Source of the DNA: an uncultured virus (IMG/VR IMGVR_UViG_2930745263_000002)
Taxonomy: Duplodnaviria > Heunggongvirae > Uroviricota > Caudoviricetes
Length of the DNA: 20,000 nt
Strand: one strand, 5' to 3'
IMG/VR virus record: IMGVR_UViG_2930745263_000002
The position numbers and the translations under genes are program-made. Position 1 is the first letter of the stretch; every line of letters starts with the position of its first letter. Below are positions 7,745-15,401 of this stretch, in pieces. Below the pieces are notes generated by a model. It ran no database searches. It had not been told where the DNA came from and was given only the letters and a program-made list of their open reading frames with translations.

Positions 7745-7845
7745 GTCGTGTCCTGTCCGCCGACGCGGTCCGCCGGCTGTGCGAGGGGCCGAAGCAAGGT
7801 CCGTGCGTGTCAGCCGTAGCTCGTACGACGTGGTGCTGTTCTTGG

Positions 7846-8091
7846 TCAGGAGCCGAGGCGGTGAACGCGGTTGCCGTTGCCGTCGGCGGCGATGACCCGC
7901 TGGGCGTATTCGGAGATCTCCGCGCCGCGCCGTTCGCGGCCCGTGCGGGTCAGGGCCCGCAGGGTGCCGGTTCCCGACGTGAAGGAGGCCGCGGCCTCCT
8001 GGTCGCCGGCGGCGACGGCGTCCTTGATCCCTCGGGTGAGCCCGTGCTGTCCCTTGGCCTCGATCACCGTGTCGCGGAGTCGCTTGAGCAC
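7846..8091 (-). CDS. Small hypothetical protein
   Basis: Probable GTG start at 8091 after an AGGAG RBS (VLKRLRDTVIEAKG...). Confidence 0.6.
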   Translation of the reverse strand: MLKRLRDTVIEAKGQHGLTRGIKDAVAAGDQEAAASFTSGTGTLRALTRTGRERRGAEISEYAQRVIAADGNGNRVHRLGS

Positions 8092-8237
8092 TTCTTCTCC
8101 TGTTGGGAGGAGTGGGCGGCTGACCCCGGGCACCGGCTGTCAGCCAGGGAGGAGACGGGGGGCCGCCGCCGTGGCGCTCCGCGCCGCTGGTGCGCGGTGC
8201 GACGGTCGGCGGCGGCCTTGTCGACCCGTCGGGGCTG

Positions 8238-8266
8238 ACGCTACATGAAACCCAATACACACGCAA
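8238..8266 (-). promoter_or_regulatory. Promoter with GTGTATTGGGT spacer box (set B, copy 2)
   Basis: Minus strand reads TTGCGT-gtgtattgggtttcatg (17 nt)-TAGCGT. Confidence 0.75.
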
Positions 8267-8281
8267 TACTCAGACATGGGT

Positions 8282-8315
8282 GAGGGCCCCGGAGCCGTCA
8301 CACTCCGGAGCCCTC
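8282..8315. terminator. Hairpin downstream of the 8356-10684 operon
   Basis: GAGGGCCCCGGAG...CTCCGGAGCCCTC, an imperfect stem. Confidence 0.5.
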
Positions 8316-8355
8316 GTTGTCCAGTCTCCCGCCGCTCCCTGTCCGGCCGGGCGGC

Positions 8356-8907
8356 TCAGCGCCGGGTGACCGAGACGTGGTGCGGCAGCCCCCAGTGCAG
8401 GGCCAGCGAGACGACGGCCTGGTCGACCGTCTTGGTGGGGGTGGCCGGCAGGCCGGTGGAGGAGGTGACGACGCAGCCCAGGAAGCCGGAGTTGCCGAAC
8501 AGCCGGCGCACCAGCCCGCCGACGCCGTACGCGGGGAAGGTCACCTGCTCGGTGTGGTCCTCGACCGCCCCGTACGGCTCGACGACCGCCTCGGTGGGCG
8601 GCAGTTCGAGCGTGGCGATGACGCCGCAGGCGCGCCCCAGCTCGACGGAGAAGCCGACGGCCTCGAGCCGGCGCGTCCAGTCCGCGCGGTTGGCCGCGTG
8701 CTCGGCGATGCGCTTCTTGGACTGGTCGCAGCGGCCGGCGTGGTGATGGATCGCCGTCACGGTGTGCGGCACCCGGCCGGAGGTGTACAGCGGGTCGCCG
8801 GGAGCGCCGGCCAACGCGACGGCGGCCAAGCGCTTGAGGTACATCTTCGCGCCCTCCTCGGGCGGCAGCAGCAGCCCGCCCGAGGAGAGGGGGTCGGTGG
8901 TCGTCAC
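8356..8907 (-). CDS. Hypothetical protein
   Basis: GTG at 8907 overlaps the upstream stop (GTGA), indicating translational coupling. Confidence 0.7.
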   Translation of the reverse strand: MTTTDPLSSGGLLLPPEEGAKMYLKRLAAVALAGAPGDPLYTSGRVPHTVTAIHHHAGRCDQSKKRIAEHAANRADWTRRLEAVGFSVELGRACGVIATLELPPTEAVVEPYGAVEDHTEQVTFPAYGVGGLVRRLFGNSGFLGCVVTSSTGLPATPTKTVDQAVVSLALHWGLPHHVSVTRR

Positions 8908-9368
8908 TTCGGCACGTCGTCCCATCCGCCGGCCTTGCGGCACTCGGGGCGCTCCTGGTGGAAGCGGTGCTCGAGGTCCGGGCGGCGCGGCGGCACGACG
9001 GGGCCGAACCAGCGGTCGGTGATGGGCTCGTGGCAGTGGTGGCAGATCCACAGAGCCTCCTTGCCGACCTCGCGCTGCGGGCAGTACGGGCCGTGCTCGT
9101 CCACGCACTTGCACAGCGCGTTCTCCGCCCGCAGCGCCCGCAAGTGCATGGCGTTGTAGACGCTCCAGTGGACGGGCTCCCCGTAGCCGGCGGCGCGGGG
9201 CGTGATGCGGTTGGCGGCGATCATCGGCAGGACGCAGTCGACGACGTCGTCGGAGATCTGCGCGGCCAGCGGCCCCAACTCGTGTCCGGCGAAGAGGGTG
9301 CGCAGCACCCGGCGGGCGGCCTCGCGGCCGGCATCGCGGACGGAGGGGTGGTCGTCGGCGTAGGTCAC
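8904..9368 (-). CDS. Hypothetical Cys/His-rich (putative Zn-binding) protein
   Basis: GTG at 9368 with GTGA overlap. Motifs CKC..EH..YC, CHHC and H...C. Confidence 0.7.
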   Translation of the reverse strand: MTYADDHPSVRDAGREAARRVLRTLFAGHELGPLAAQISDDVVDCVLPMIAANRITPRAAGYGEPVHWSVYNAMHLRALRAENALCKCVDEHGPYCPQREVGKEALWICHHCHEPITDRWFGPVVPPRRPDLEHRFHQERPECRKAGGWDDVPK

Positions 9369-9724
9369 TTCTCGGGCTCCTGTAGGTCGAGGTGGGTCAG
9401 GTCGAACGGCGGGCGGTCGTCGCGGCAGAGGCGGGCCAGGCGCTCGCCGTCGTCGAGCTGGCAGGTCGGGCAGAGCCGCCAGCCGTCGCCCGGGCGCGGG
9501 TCGTCGACCTTCCAGTCCAGGCCGCGCTGGCAGCGGGCCGCGGCCCAGACGATCCAGCGGCTCGCCCGGTGCTCGGTCCAGAGGCTGTGGGGGTTGCCCT
9601 TCCAGTACCTGGCCTCCCACTTGGTGACCAGGGTGTGCAGGAGGACGCCGCCCTCCGTGGAGCTGATGCCGTACCCGTGCGGGGCGGGCTGCAGCGTGGG
9701 CGTGGCCTGTTCGGTCGTCGGCAT
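9365..9724 (-). CDS. Hypothetical protein with C...CPTC putative Zn site
   Basis: 119-aa ORF; AAGGAG RBS within the end of the upstream gene. Confidence 0.7.
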   Translation of the reverse strand: MPTTEQATPTLQPAPHGYGISSTEGGVLLHTLVTKWEARYWKGNPHSLWTEHRASRWIVWAAARCQRGLDWKVDDPRPGDGWRLCPTCQLDDGERLARLCRDDRPPFDLTHLDLQEPEK

Positions 9725-9727
9725 CGG

Positions 9728-10684
9728 CTACTCCTTGATGGCGATCTGGCGGGTGAGGACGCTGCCCATCTCGCCGCCGTTGACGGTGGAGACCATCTGG
9801 CCGAGGTGACCGGCGCAGGCGTAGCCCTCGACCTTCTTCGTCACCGCGTGCAGGAGCTGGAACTCGGCGCGGTCCTCGCAGTTGCGGGTGGCGCGGTGCC
9901 GGGTGCCGTCGCACACCGGCCGCCCCAGGGCGTCGGTGGTGAGGGCCTCGGCGTGCGGGTGCGGGAGGTCGCCCTGGCCGGGCTCGGCATCCTGCGGGTC
10001 GGGCCGGACGATGATGCGCTGCACGCTGCCGGGAGCCTGGTGCTGGGCCCGGTCGTCGAGGTCGTCGGTGTAGACCTGGACGAGGACACCGCCCTCCTCG
10101 GGGAACCAGTCCCAGGTCTTGCCGGGGCTCTCGCCGGCGAGCTGATCGGCGCAGTAGTCCTTCGCGGCCTTGAGGCTGGTGTACAGCTCCGGGTCGGCTC
10201 CCTCGTACTCGGCGAGGAACAGCGCGGTGCCCGCGGGTACGGCCGTGACGCCGGGCTCGGTGGTCCGCAGGATGTCGAGGAGGTCCTGACGGGCGGCCTG
10301 GTAGCCGTAACGCCAGGGGTTGTTGGGCTCGTTGACGCCATCGGCCTGGGCGAAGTCGGTGACCGCGGCCAGCGCCCGCTCGAGGTGCGCGGTGCGCCGG
10401 GTGTGGGCGGCGTCGCGGGCCAGGAGGAAGGGCACGTCCTGGCGGGCGTGCGCGGTGAACTGGGCGTCGGCCTCGTCCTGCGGGTGCCCGCCGAACACGC
10501 CGAGGATGCGGCGGCCGTCCTCGGCCTTGAGCATGCCCGGCTGGTCGGGGCCCTCGGTGGACCAGGGGCCGGCGGTGGCGGCACGCTCGCGGGTCTCGAT
10601 CCCGGCGAGGCGGCCGGCGTCGTCGTCGTTCGCGTCTGCCGGTGTGCTGGGTCCGGCGGTGGCGGGCTGTTCGGTCACGCTCAT
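9728..10684 (-). CDS. Phage-type multidomain protein with Ead/Ea22-like N-terminal domain
   Basis: ATG at 10684 after AAGGGGAG. 'IETRERAATAGPW...DAQFTAHARQDVPFLL' matches the Ea22-like ATxGPW...DAxFIA pattern. C-terminal Cys/His cluster. Confidence 0.7.
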   Translation of the reverse strand: MSVTEQPATAGPSTPADANDDDAGRLAGIETRERAATAGPWSTEGPDQPGMLKAEDGRRILGVFGGHPQDEADAQFTAHARQDVPFLLARDAAHTRRTAHLERALAAVTDFAQADGVNEPNNPWRYGYQAARQDLLDILRTTEPGVTAVPAGTALFLAEYEGADPELYTSLKAAKDYCADQLAGESPGKTWDWFPEEGGVLVQVYTDDLDDRAQHQAPGSVQRIIVRPDPQDAEPGQGDLPHPHAEALTTDALGRPVCDGTRHRATRNCEDRAEFQLLHAVTKKVEGYACAGHLGQMVSTVNGGEMGSVLTRQIAIKE

Positions 10685-10728
10685 CTCCCCTTGTACGGAG
10701 GCTGGTTCAGCAGTGTTCGATGCGGACG

Positions 10729-10757
10729 ACACTACGCGGAACCCAATACACAAGCAA
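10729..10757 (-). promoter_or_regulatory. Promoter with GTGTATTGGGT spacer box (set B, copy 3)
   Basis: Minus strand reads TTGCTT-gtgtattgggttccgcg (17 nt)-TAGTGT. Confidence 0.75.
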
Positions 10758-10894
10758 CAGTTACAGGGGGTTGCGGGGGCTCGGGGGGCGGGGCACACGG
10801 ACTCTCCCCAGCAGCTCCCCACGACGCGCCTTGCCCCGGCCGCCGGCACCGGGGAGCATCGGCGGATCACCGTCGATCCCTGGGGGGAAGTCGC

Positions 10895-11338
10895 ATGCTG
10901 ATCCTGTTCGCCCTGCTGCTGGCCGGAGTCATCGCCGTCCTGGTCGCCTACGTCGTCCAGCAGCGGGAGCACAACCGAAGACTCCTGCGCGTCGAAGCGC
11001 TCAAGGGCAACCTCGCCGCGGTCACCGCCGCGGCCGCCGACCCGGAGCTGGGCCGCATCTGGACCGGGCAGCGCGACGCCGGCGACACCGAGGTACGCGC
11101 GCAGCTGCTCGCCGCGGTCCGGGTGACGGCACTCGAGCTGCAGTGGCTGACCGGCGAGCTGTCGAAGCAGACCCTGGCCCGGGCGGCCGCGGACCTGCTG
11201 GCCACCGAGGGCGGCCGCCGCCACTGGGCGCTGGTCCGCGAGGCACGGGGCGAGTCGACCGAGGACGCCAAGCAGCGGGTGTTCCACCAGACCTTCGAGA
11301 CCGCGTTCAGCACGGCGGGCGCCCCGGCCGCCGCGTAG
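10895..11338 (+). CDS. Membrane-anchored protein, probably DUF6082-like
   Basis: N-terminal TM helix MLILFALLLAGVIAVLVAYVV, then 'DPEL..IW', 'GRRHW..VR' and 'F...F' motifs recalled for that family. Confidence 0.7.
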   Translation: MLILFALLLAGVIAVLVAYVVQQREHNRRLLRVEALKGNLAAVTAAAADPELGRIWTGQRDAGDTEVRAQLLAAVRVTALELQWLTGELSKQTLARAAADLLATEGGRRHWALVREARGESTEDAKQRVFHQTFETAFSTAGAPAAA

Positions 11339-11500
11339 CCGGCCGCCCTCCGCGCGGTGGCCGCCCTGCCTCCGCCGCGCGGAGCGCTATGCTCGTGCCG
11401 ATCTGGGCCGCCGCGCCGGCCCTCGATCGCGGCCCCGCCGCCTTCGGCCCAAGGTGCTCCGCACCGCGCTCGAGTCCTTCTCGCGCCCAGGAGCCCCTTC

Positions 11501-11881
11501 ATGCCTGCTCACCACTCCCGCAAGGCCGCCGTCCGCCAGCACATGGCCGCCACCGGCCAGAGCTACCGCGCCGCCGCCGAGGCCCTCGCCCTCGCCCAGT
11601 TGATGGCCGGGTGGGACACAACGAAGCCCGTCTGCCCGGCGCCCGGGCACGAGTGGGACTGCCCCGACGGATGCCCGACCCGGGACACCGACGCCTACCG
11701 CGCCTGGAAGAAGGCGTTCCCCGAGCCCGAGCCGGTCGAGCCCTACATCTGCCCGGGACCGGACTCCTGCGAGGACCTGGACTGCTGGAACGGCTGCAAC
11801 ACGATCCACATCGTCATGTGCCCGACGTGCGAGTGGGTCTACGACGCCGGCGACCCCTGCCCGCAGGGGTGCGGCACCTGA
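11501..11881 (+). CDS. Cys-rich protein with N-terminal 'AVRxxMAxTGxSYxAA' helical motif
   Basis: AGGAG RBS and ATG at 11501; multiple CP..C pairs in the C-terminal two thirds. Confidence 0.7.
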   Translation: MPAHHSRKAAVRQHMAATGQSYRAAAEALALAQLMAGWDTTKPVCPAPGHEWDCPDGCPTRDTDAYRAWKKAFPEPEPVEPYICPGPDSCEDLDCWNGCNTIHIVMCPTCEWVYDAGDPCPQGCGT

Positions 11882-12038
11882 CCGTCCCGGTCCCCGGCGC
11901 CCGCCCGGGCCCGCCGGCGGCGGGTGCCACACTGAACGGCATGAGCGAACTGCCCCCCGCCGCACCCCGCCTGACGGGCCGGTGCGCGGCCGCCGCGGTG
12001 ATTGCCGCGCAATCACCCGTCGGCGCGGGGAGCGGCCG

Positions 12039-12512
12039 GTGACCCGGATCGACCTGCTGCGCGCGAGCATCGTGGCCGTCCTCGGCCGGAGCGACCCCGC
12101 CCTGGACGCGCTGATGGAACTGCTCGCGGCCGACCGCAAGAGCCTGTGGGACCGGGCGTACACCAAGGGGCGCGACGGCGAGCGCAAGGCCAACGCCCGG
12201 CACGTGGCCTACCTGGAGAACTGGGTCGAGGAGCTGCTCACCGCACGCGACCCGGACGGCCTGCGCCGGCGGATCCGCAACCTCGAGCGGGCCTGGAGCG
12301 AGCTGTGGGTGGGCCACACCGGCCGGCGCGACGTCCGGGCGATCACGATGGAGCAGGCGGTGCGCGCGGTGGAGGCCGAGGAGCGCCTGGAGGCGGTCCG
12401 GGCGCTGCACGCCGCCGACGCGGCCGGGCTGTGCCCGCAGTGCCGGGTGCCGGCACCGTGCGCGACGTCGGAGATCCTCGACGCGCCGACCGGCGTACGC
12501 GAGCCGGCCTGA
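12039..12512 (+). CDS. Hypothetical phage-like protein with C-terminal H..CxxC..PC Zn finger
   Basis: GTG at 12039 after GGGGAG; C-terminal 'VRALH...CPQC...PCAT' motif. Confidence 0.7.
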   Translation: MTRIDLLRASIVAVLGRSDPALDALMELLAADRKSLWDRAYTKGRDGERKANARHVAYLENWVEELLTARDPDGLRRRIRNLERAWSELWVGHTGRRDVRAITMEQAVRAVEAEERLEAVRALHAADAAGLCPQCRVPAPCATSEILDAPTGVREPA

Positions 12513-12532
12513 CGTCCCGCCGGGAAAACTCG

Positions 12533-12562
12533 AGGCCCCACCGGCCGAACTCGGTGGGGCCT
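12533..12562. terminator. Bidirectional terminator hairpin between convergent genes
   Basis: AGGCCCCACCG-gccgaact-CGGTGGGGCCT. Confidence 0.7.
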
Positions 12563-12576
12563 TGTGGTGCAGGCCC

Positions 12577-13068
12577 TCAGCTCAGTCGACGAATGCTGTT
12601 CGGGTCGATCACGGTAGGTCGTCGAACGAAGGTCCGCGCTTGCATGTTGTGGTTGCCCACTCGAACGGGGTCGCCTGCCCTGGAGAACTCGTCATCCAGG
12701 GCGACGACAGCGCGACGTGCGTGATCAGGGTCGTCCGACAGGACCAGCCGGGGCGTCAGGCTCAGAATCTCCAGGTTCTCAGGGCTTCCGGCCCCGACCG
12801 TGCGGTCGGCAATGGCCAGGTACCCGACGACCCGCGATTCGCTGCGCGAAGGGACCTGCTCGGTGGACACGTGGGGCACCGGGTCGCCGATGCGCAGCTC
12901 CCATAGGCGGTGCGTCTCCAGCACCCGGCCCGGCGCGAATCCGTCGTTGGGCATCCGCAGGAGGTACGTGGCCCCCAGGTCCAGCTGGCCGTCCGAGCCG
13001 CAGCTCGGCAGGCTGTTGGACACACTGAGTGGCGGGGTAGCAGGCGCTGGCTGCTGATCCTCCGGCAT
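12577..13068 (-). CDS. Hypothetical protein (visibly lower GC3)
   Basis: ATG at 13068 after AAGGGAAGGG; 163 aa. Confidence 0.6.
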   Translation of the reverse strand: MPEDQQPAPATPPLSVSNSLPSCGSDGQLDLGATYLLRMPNDGFAPGRVLETHRLWELRIGDPVPHVSTEQVPSRSESRVVGYLAIADRTVGAGSPENLEILSLTPRLVLSDDPDHARRAVVALDDEFSRAGDPVRVGNHNMQARTFVRRPTVIDPNSIRRLS

Positions 13069-13109
13069 GAACCCTTCCCTTCTTCGTGACATCGGTGGGG
13101 CGAGATTCG

Positions 13110-13141
13110 AGGCTCCGCCGCGCCGTGGCGCGGCGGAGCCT
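13110..13141 (-). terminator. Strong hairpin ending the non-coding transcript
   Basis: AGGCTCCGCCGCGCC-gt-GGCGCGGCGGAGCCT, 2 nt after the CCA at 13146-13144. Confidence 0.75.
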
Positions 13142-13143
13142 TC

Positions 13144-13257
13144 TGGTGCAGCTCCGGGACTTCCACCCGGCCCCCGCGCCCATATCCCCTTTCCGGGGCT
13201 TCCGGGAGCGGCTCCTACGAGGCCGCCCGACACCCGTCGGCGTCGGTTCCAGCTAGC
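13144..13257 (-). ncRNA. tRNA-like element 2 (non-canonical, ends in ACCA)
   Basis: Minus-strand 3' end CCGGG-TGGAAGT-CCCGG-AGCTGC-A-CCA. The tentative 5' partner is GCTAGCT. Internal hairpins CCGACGCC/GGTGTCGG, GGGCGGC/GCCGCTC and CCCC/GGGG. Confidence 0.5.
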
Positions 13258-13277
13258 CGGTCGCGATTCCGGCCGCG

Positions 13278-13361
13278 TGGGAGTGGAAGGAGTTGCGCCT
13301 TCCCCCTAGCCGCGCGAGCGGCCGTGTCCTCGCCTCCCTGCAGGTCGCGCGGTGCGCTCCC
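13278..13361 (-). ncRNA. tRNA-like element 1 (non-canonical)
   Basis: Acceptor-like stem GGGAGCG/CACTCCC-A (6 of 7 pairs), T-arm GAAGG-CGCAACT-CCTTC, and an internal perfect 8-bp helix CCGCGCGA/TCGCGCGG. Begins about 10 nt downstream of a TATAGT -10. Confidence 0.5.
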
Positions 13362-13371
13362 TACGCCCCCA

Positions 13372-13400
13372 ACTATACAACGCGCCGTTGTGTGCGTCCA
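13372..13400 (-). promoter_or_regulatory. Promoter with TACAAC-N5-GTTGTG operator (set A, copy 4)
   Basis: Minus strand reads TGGACG-17 nt-TATAGT; operator at 13376-13392. Confidence 0.75.
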
Positions 13401-13427
13401 GGGGGATTCCCGCCCCGGCCCCGGCCG

Positions 13428-13961
13428 TCAGGAGCCGTTGCGCAGGGTCTCGAGGACCCGCAGTTCGCCGGCGACATGGCGTTCGGCGTCGCGGAGTTCA
13501 CCTTCCCAGGCGTTGAGACGCATGGTGCGACTTTCGCGAGCGGCGTCTTCGCGGTCACCGGGCAGGATGTCGTCGCCCGCATTCGGGAGGAGGCCGGGAA
13601 CGACGGTGTCCAGGTGGCCGGAGCAGACGCGGGTGAGGGCGCTGCTGCCGGTGGACTCGTTAGGGCAGTTGGGGGTGGTGCAGAGGCGAAGCAGCGCGTC
13701 GTCGTCGACGTCCAGGAGGTAGCGGAGCACTCCCCTGACGCTGACCACGGGAGCGTCGTCCGCGGTGCTCTCCAGGGCGAAGGCGAGGTCGCCCGGCTCC
13801 CCCAGGCCGTAGAGGCTCAGGGCTTTGCGGTCGTCTGCCACTGCGGCCCACAGGCGGGCCACCGCAGCAGGGGGGATCGTCACGGCGTTGCCGGCCGGGT
13901 CGCTCAGGCGGAGACCGTCGGCGAGGGCTGAAGTCATGGCGTCTTTGAATGAGGTGGGCAT
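13428..13961 (-). CDS. Hypothetical protein with CxxxxC...CxxH motif
   Basis: ATG at 13961 after a GGAG RBS (MPTSFKDAMTSAL...). Confidence 0.7.
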   Translation of the reverse strand: MPTSFKDAMTSALADGLRLSDPAGNAVTIPPAAVARLWAAVADDRKALSLYGLGEPGDLAFALESTADDAPVVSVRGVLRYLLDVDDDALLRLCTTPNCPNESTGSSALTRVCSGHLDTVVPGLLPNAGDDILPGDREDAARESRTMRLNAWEGELRDAERHVAGELRVLETLRNGS

Positions 13962-14122
13962 GAGTTCTCCAGGTGGGGTGGGCAAGATTCGCCGGGGTGG
14001 CGGATCCTCACCTCCGCTTGCGCGGAGAACCTGTGCACTCCCGCGGTGACGGAGGCAGGGGTTAGACGGCCGAGCGCAGACGATACCGCTCAGGACTGAC
14101 ACGGCCGGTTCCAACGAAAGCA

Positions 14123-14151
14123 ACTATACAACAGTCCGTTGTATCCGCGAA
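14123..14151 (-). promoter_or_regulatory. Promoter with TACAAC-N5-GTTGTA operator (set A, copy 5)
   Basis: Minus strand reads TTCGCG-17 nt-TATAGT; operator at 14127-14143. Overlaps the last codons and stop of the Prim-Pol ORF. Confidence 0.7.
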
Positions 14152-14756
14152 GAGTGATTCCCGGCCCGGCCCGGGTGCTCGCGGACGGGGTGCAGGGGAC
14201 CGGCGGTCAGCCAGTCGGGGCCGGCCGCCGGGGCGGCGTCGTGCATCAGGGCGTACGAGCCGCCCCGGACCACGCTGCCCGCCGCGGGCGTGTACCCGGC
14301 GCAGCGCACCTCGACGTTCCACGCCAACGCCAGGCGGGGCGTGCACGGCGAGCCGGCCGGGTGGGCGAAGTAGTACTGCTGTCCGCCGCCCGGCACGGCC
14401 ACGGTGTACGTCTCGAAGGGGAAGCGGATGCCGTGCTGCTCCAGGAGGACGGCCAGGACATCGGCGCCGTCGGTGACACCCGGCAGGCGCAGGTTCAGCG
14501 GCGGCCGGTCGCCGGGCGCGGCCGGGGCGAGGTCCAGGACCCGCAGGCCGGAGGCGCACAGCACGACCCCGACGTTGAAGGGCCCGGTGTCCCAGCAGCG
14601 CGCGATGCGCTCGGGGTCGTCGGTGGCCCGGGCCTGCCAGTCGCGTACGGCCGGCACCGTGCTGTCCGGGCGCAGCGGGAAGACCCGCCAGCCCCGGCCT
14701 GCGGCGGCCAGGGCGGCGGTCTTCAGCTCCCGCTGCAGCGTGGGCTGCCCGGTCAC
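14124..14756 (-). CDS. Bifunctional DNA primase/polymerase (Prim-Pol) N-terminal domain, apparently catalytically degenerate
   Basis: GTG at 14756 with GTGA overlap. Motifs 'ALAAAGRGWRVFPL', 'WQARATDDPERIARCW', 'NVGV...SGLRVLDL', 'TYTVAVPGGGQQYYF' and 'GY..AAGSV' match Prim-Pol. Confidence 0.85.
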   Translation of the reverse strand: MTGQPTLQRELKTAALAAAGRGWRVFPLRPDSTVPAVRDWQARATDDPERIARCWDTGPFNVGVVLCASGLRVLDLAPAAPGDRPPLNLRLPGVTDGADVLAVLLEQHGIRFPFETYTVAVPGGGQQYYFAHPAGSPCTPRLALAWNVEVRCAGYTPAAGSVVRGGSYALMHDAAPAAGPDWLTAGPLHPVREHPGRAGNHSSRIQRTVV

Positions 14757-14995
14757 GGCTCCCCGTTCTGGTTCGGGGCCCGGCACCCGTGCTTGGCGGC
14801 GGCGACGGCGACCCGGGCCCCGATGCTGGAGGCGTAGGCCCGTACGACGACGTCGTACAGCTCGTCGTCGGGACCGTGGGTCTCCAGGTACGTCTGCAGG
14901 GCGGCCGACTCGTCGCTGGCGCTGGCCAGGAGTTCGTCGATGCTCATCTCGCCGAAGGTGCGGCGCGGCGGGAGAGCCTGGTCGGGGGCGCTCAT
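14753..14995 (-). CDS. Small hypothetical protein
   Basis: ATG at 14995 overlaps the upstream stop (ATGA); 80 aa. Confidence 0.65.
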   Translation of the reverse strand: MSAPDQALPPRRTFGEMSIDELLASASDESAALQTYLETHGPDDELYDVVVRAYASSIGARVAVAAAKHGCRAPNQNGEP

Positions 14996-15387
14996 CCCTC
15001 GTTCTCCCAGGGCAGGACGATGCGGCGCTCCGGCTCGACGTTCCAGGCCAGGTCGGGGAAGAGGCGGCGGACCTGGTCCTGGGCCCAGGGCCAGACCGTG
15101 TCCCACGCCTCCTGGGTGGGCTCGCTCTCGTACTCGTGCCAGCCCTCGGCGCAGGAGGCCCCCTGCTCGCCGAGGTGTTCCATGAGGGTCTCGACGCTGA
15201 TCTCGGAGGGGAGCGTCTCGTCGTTCTCCGGGGTCTTGGCGTAGGCGTAGTAGAGGCGCATCGCCAGGGACTCGCCGTCGAGGTTGTGCGCGTAGGTGAT
15301 CTGCAGGACCGGGCCCCGGCCGTCGGGGTCGGGTATCGCCTTGTACCGGGCGGCCAGGGCCGTGGTGTTGATGGGCATCTCGTGCAT
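14992..15387 (-). CDS. Hypothetical acidic protein
   Basis: 131-aa ORF, translationally coupled to the downstream gene. Confidence 0.7.
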   Translation of the reverse strand: MHEMPINTTALAARYKAIPDPDGRGPVLQITYAHNLDGESLAMRLYYAYAKTPENDETLPSEISVETLMEHLGEQGASCAEGWHEYESEPTQEAWDTVWPWAQDQVRRLFPDLAWNVEPERRIVLPWENEG

Positions 15388-15401
15388 TCCGTTCGGTCGG
15401 G

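Noticed and set aside
13090..13110. tRNA 3'-end/att-like fragments (TCGAATCTCGCCCCACC here and CGAATCTTGCCCACCCCACC near 13972-13991, minus strand)
   Set aside because: The 5' half of the T-stem is missing and there is no integrase in the window; the similarity may be chance.
13144..13361. Canonical tRNA genes with assignable anticodons
   Set aside because: There is no TTCRA T-loop, standard D-arm or 7-nt anticodon loop. Recorded as tRNA-like ncRNA only.
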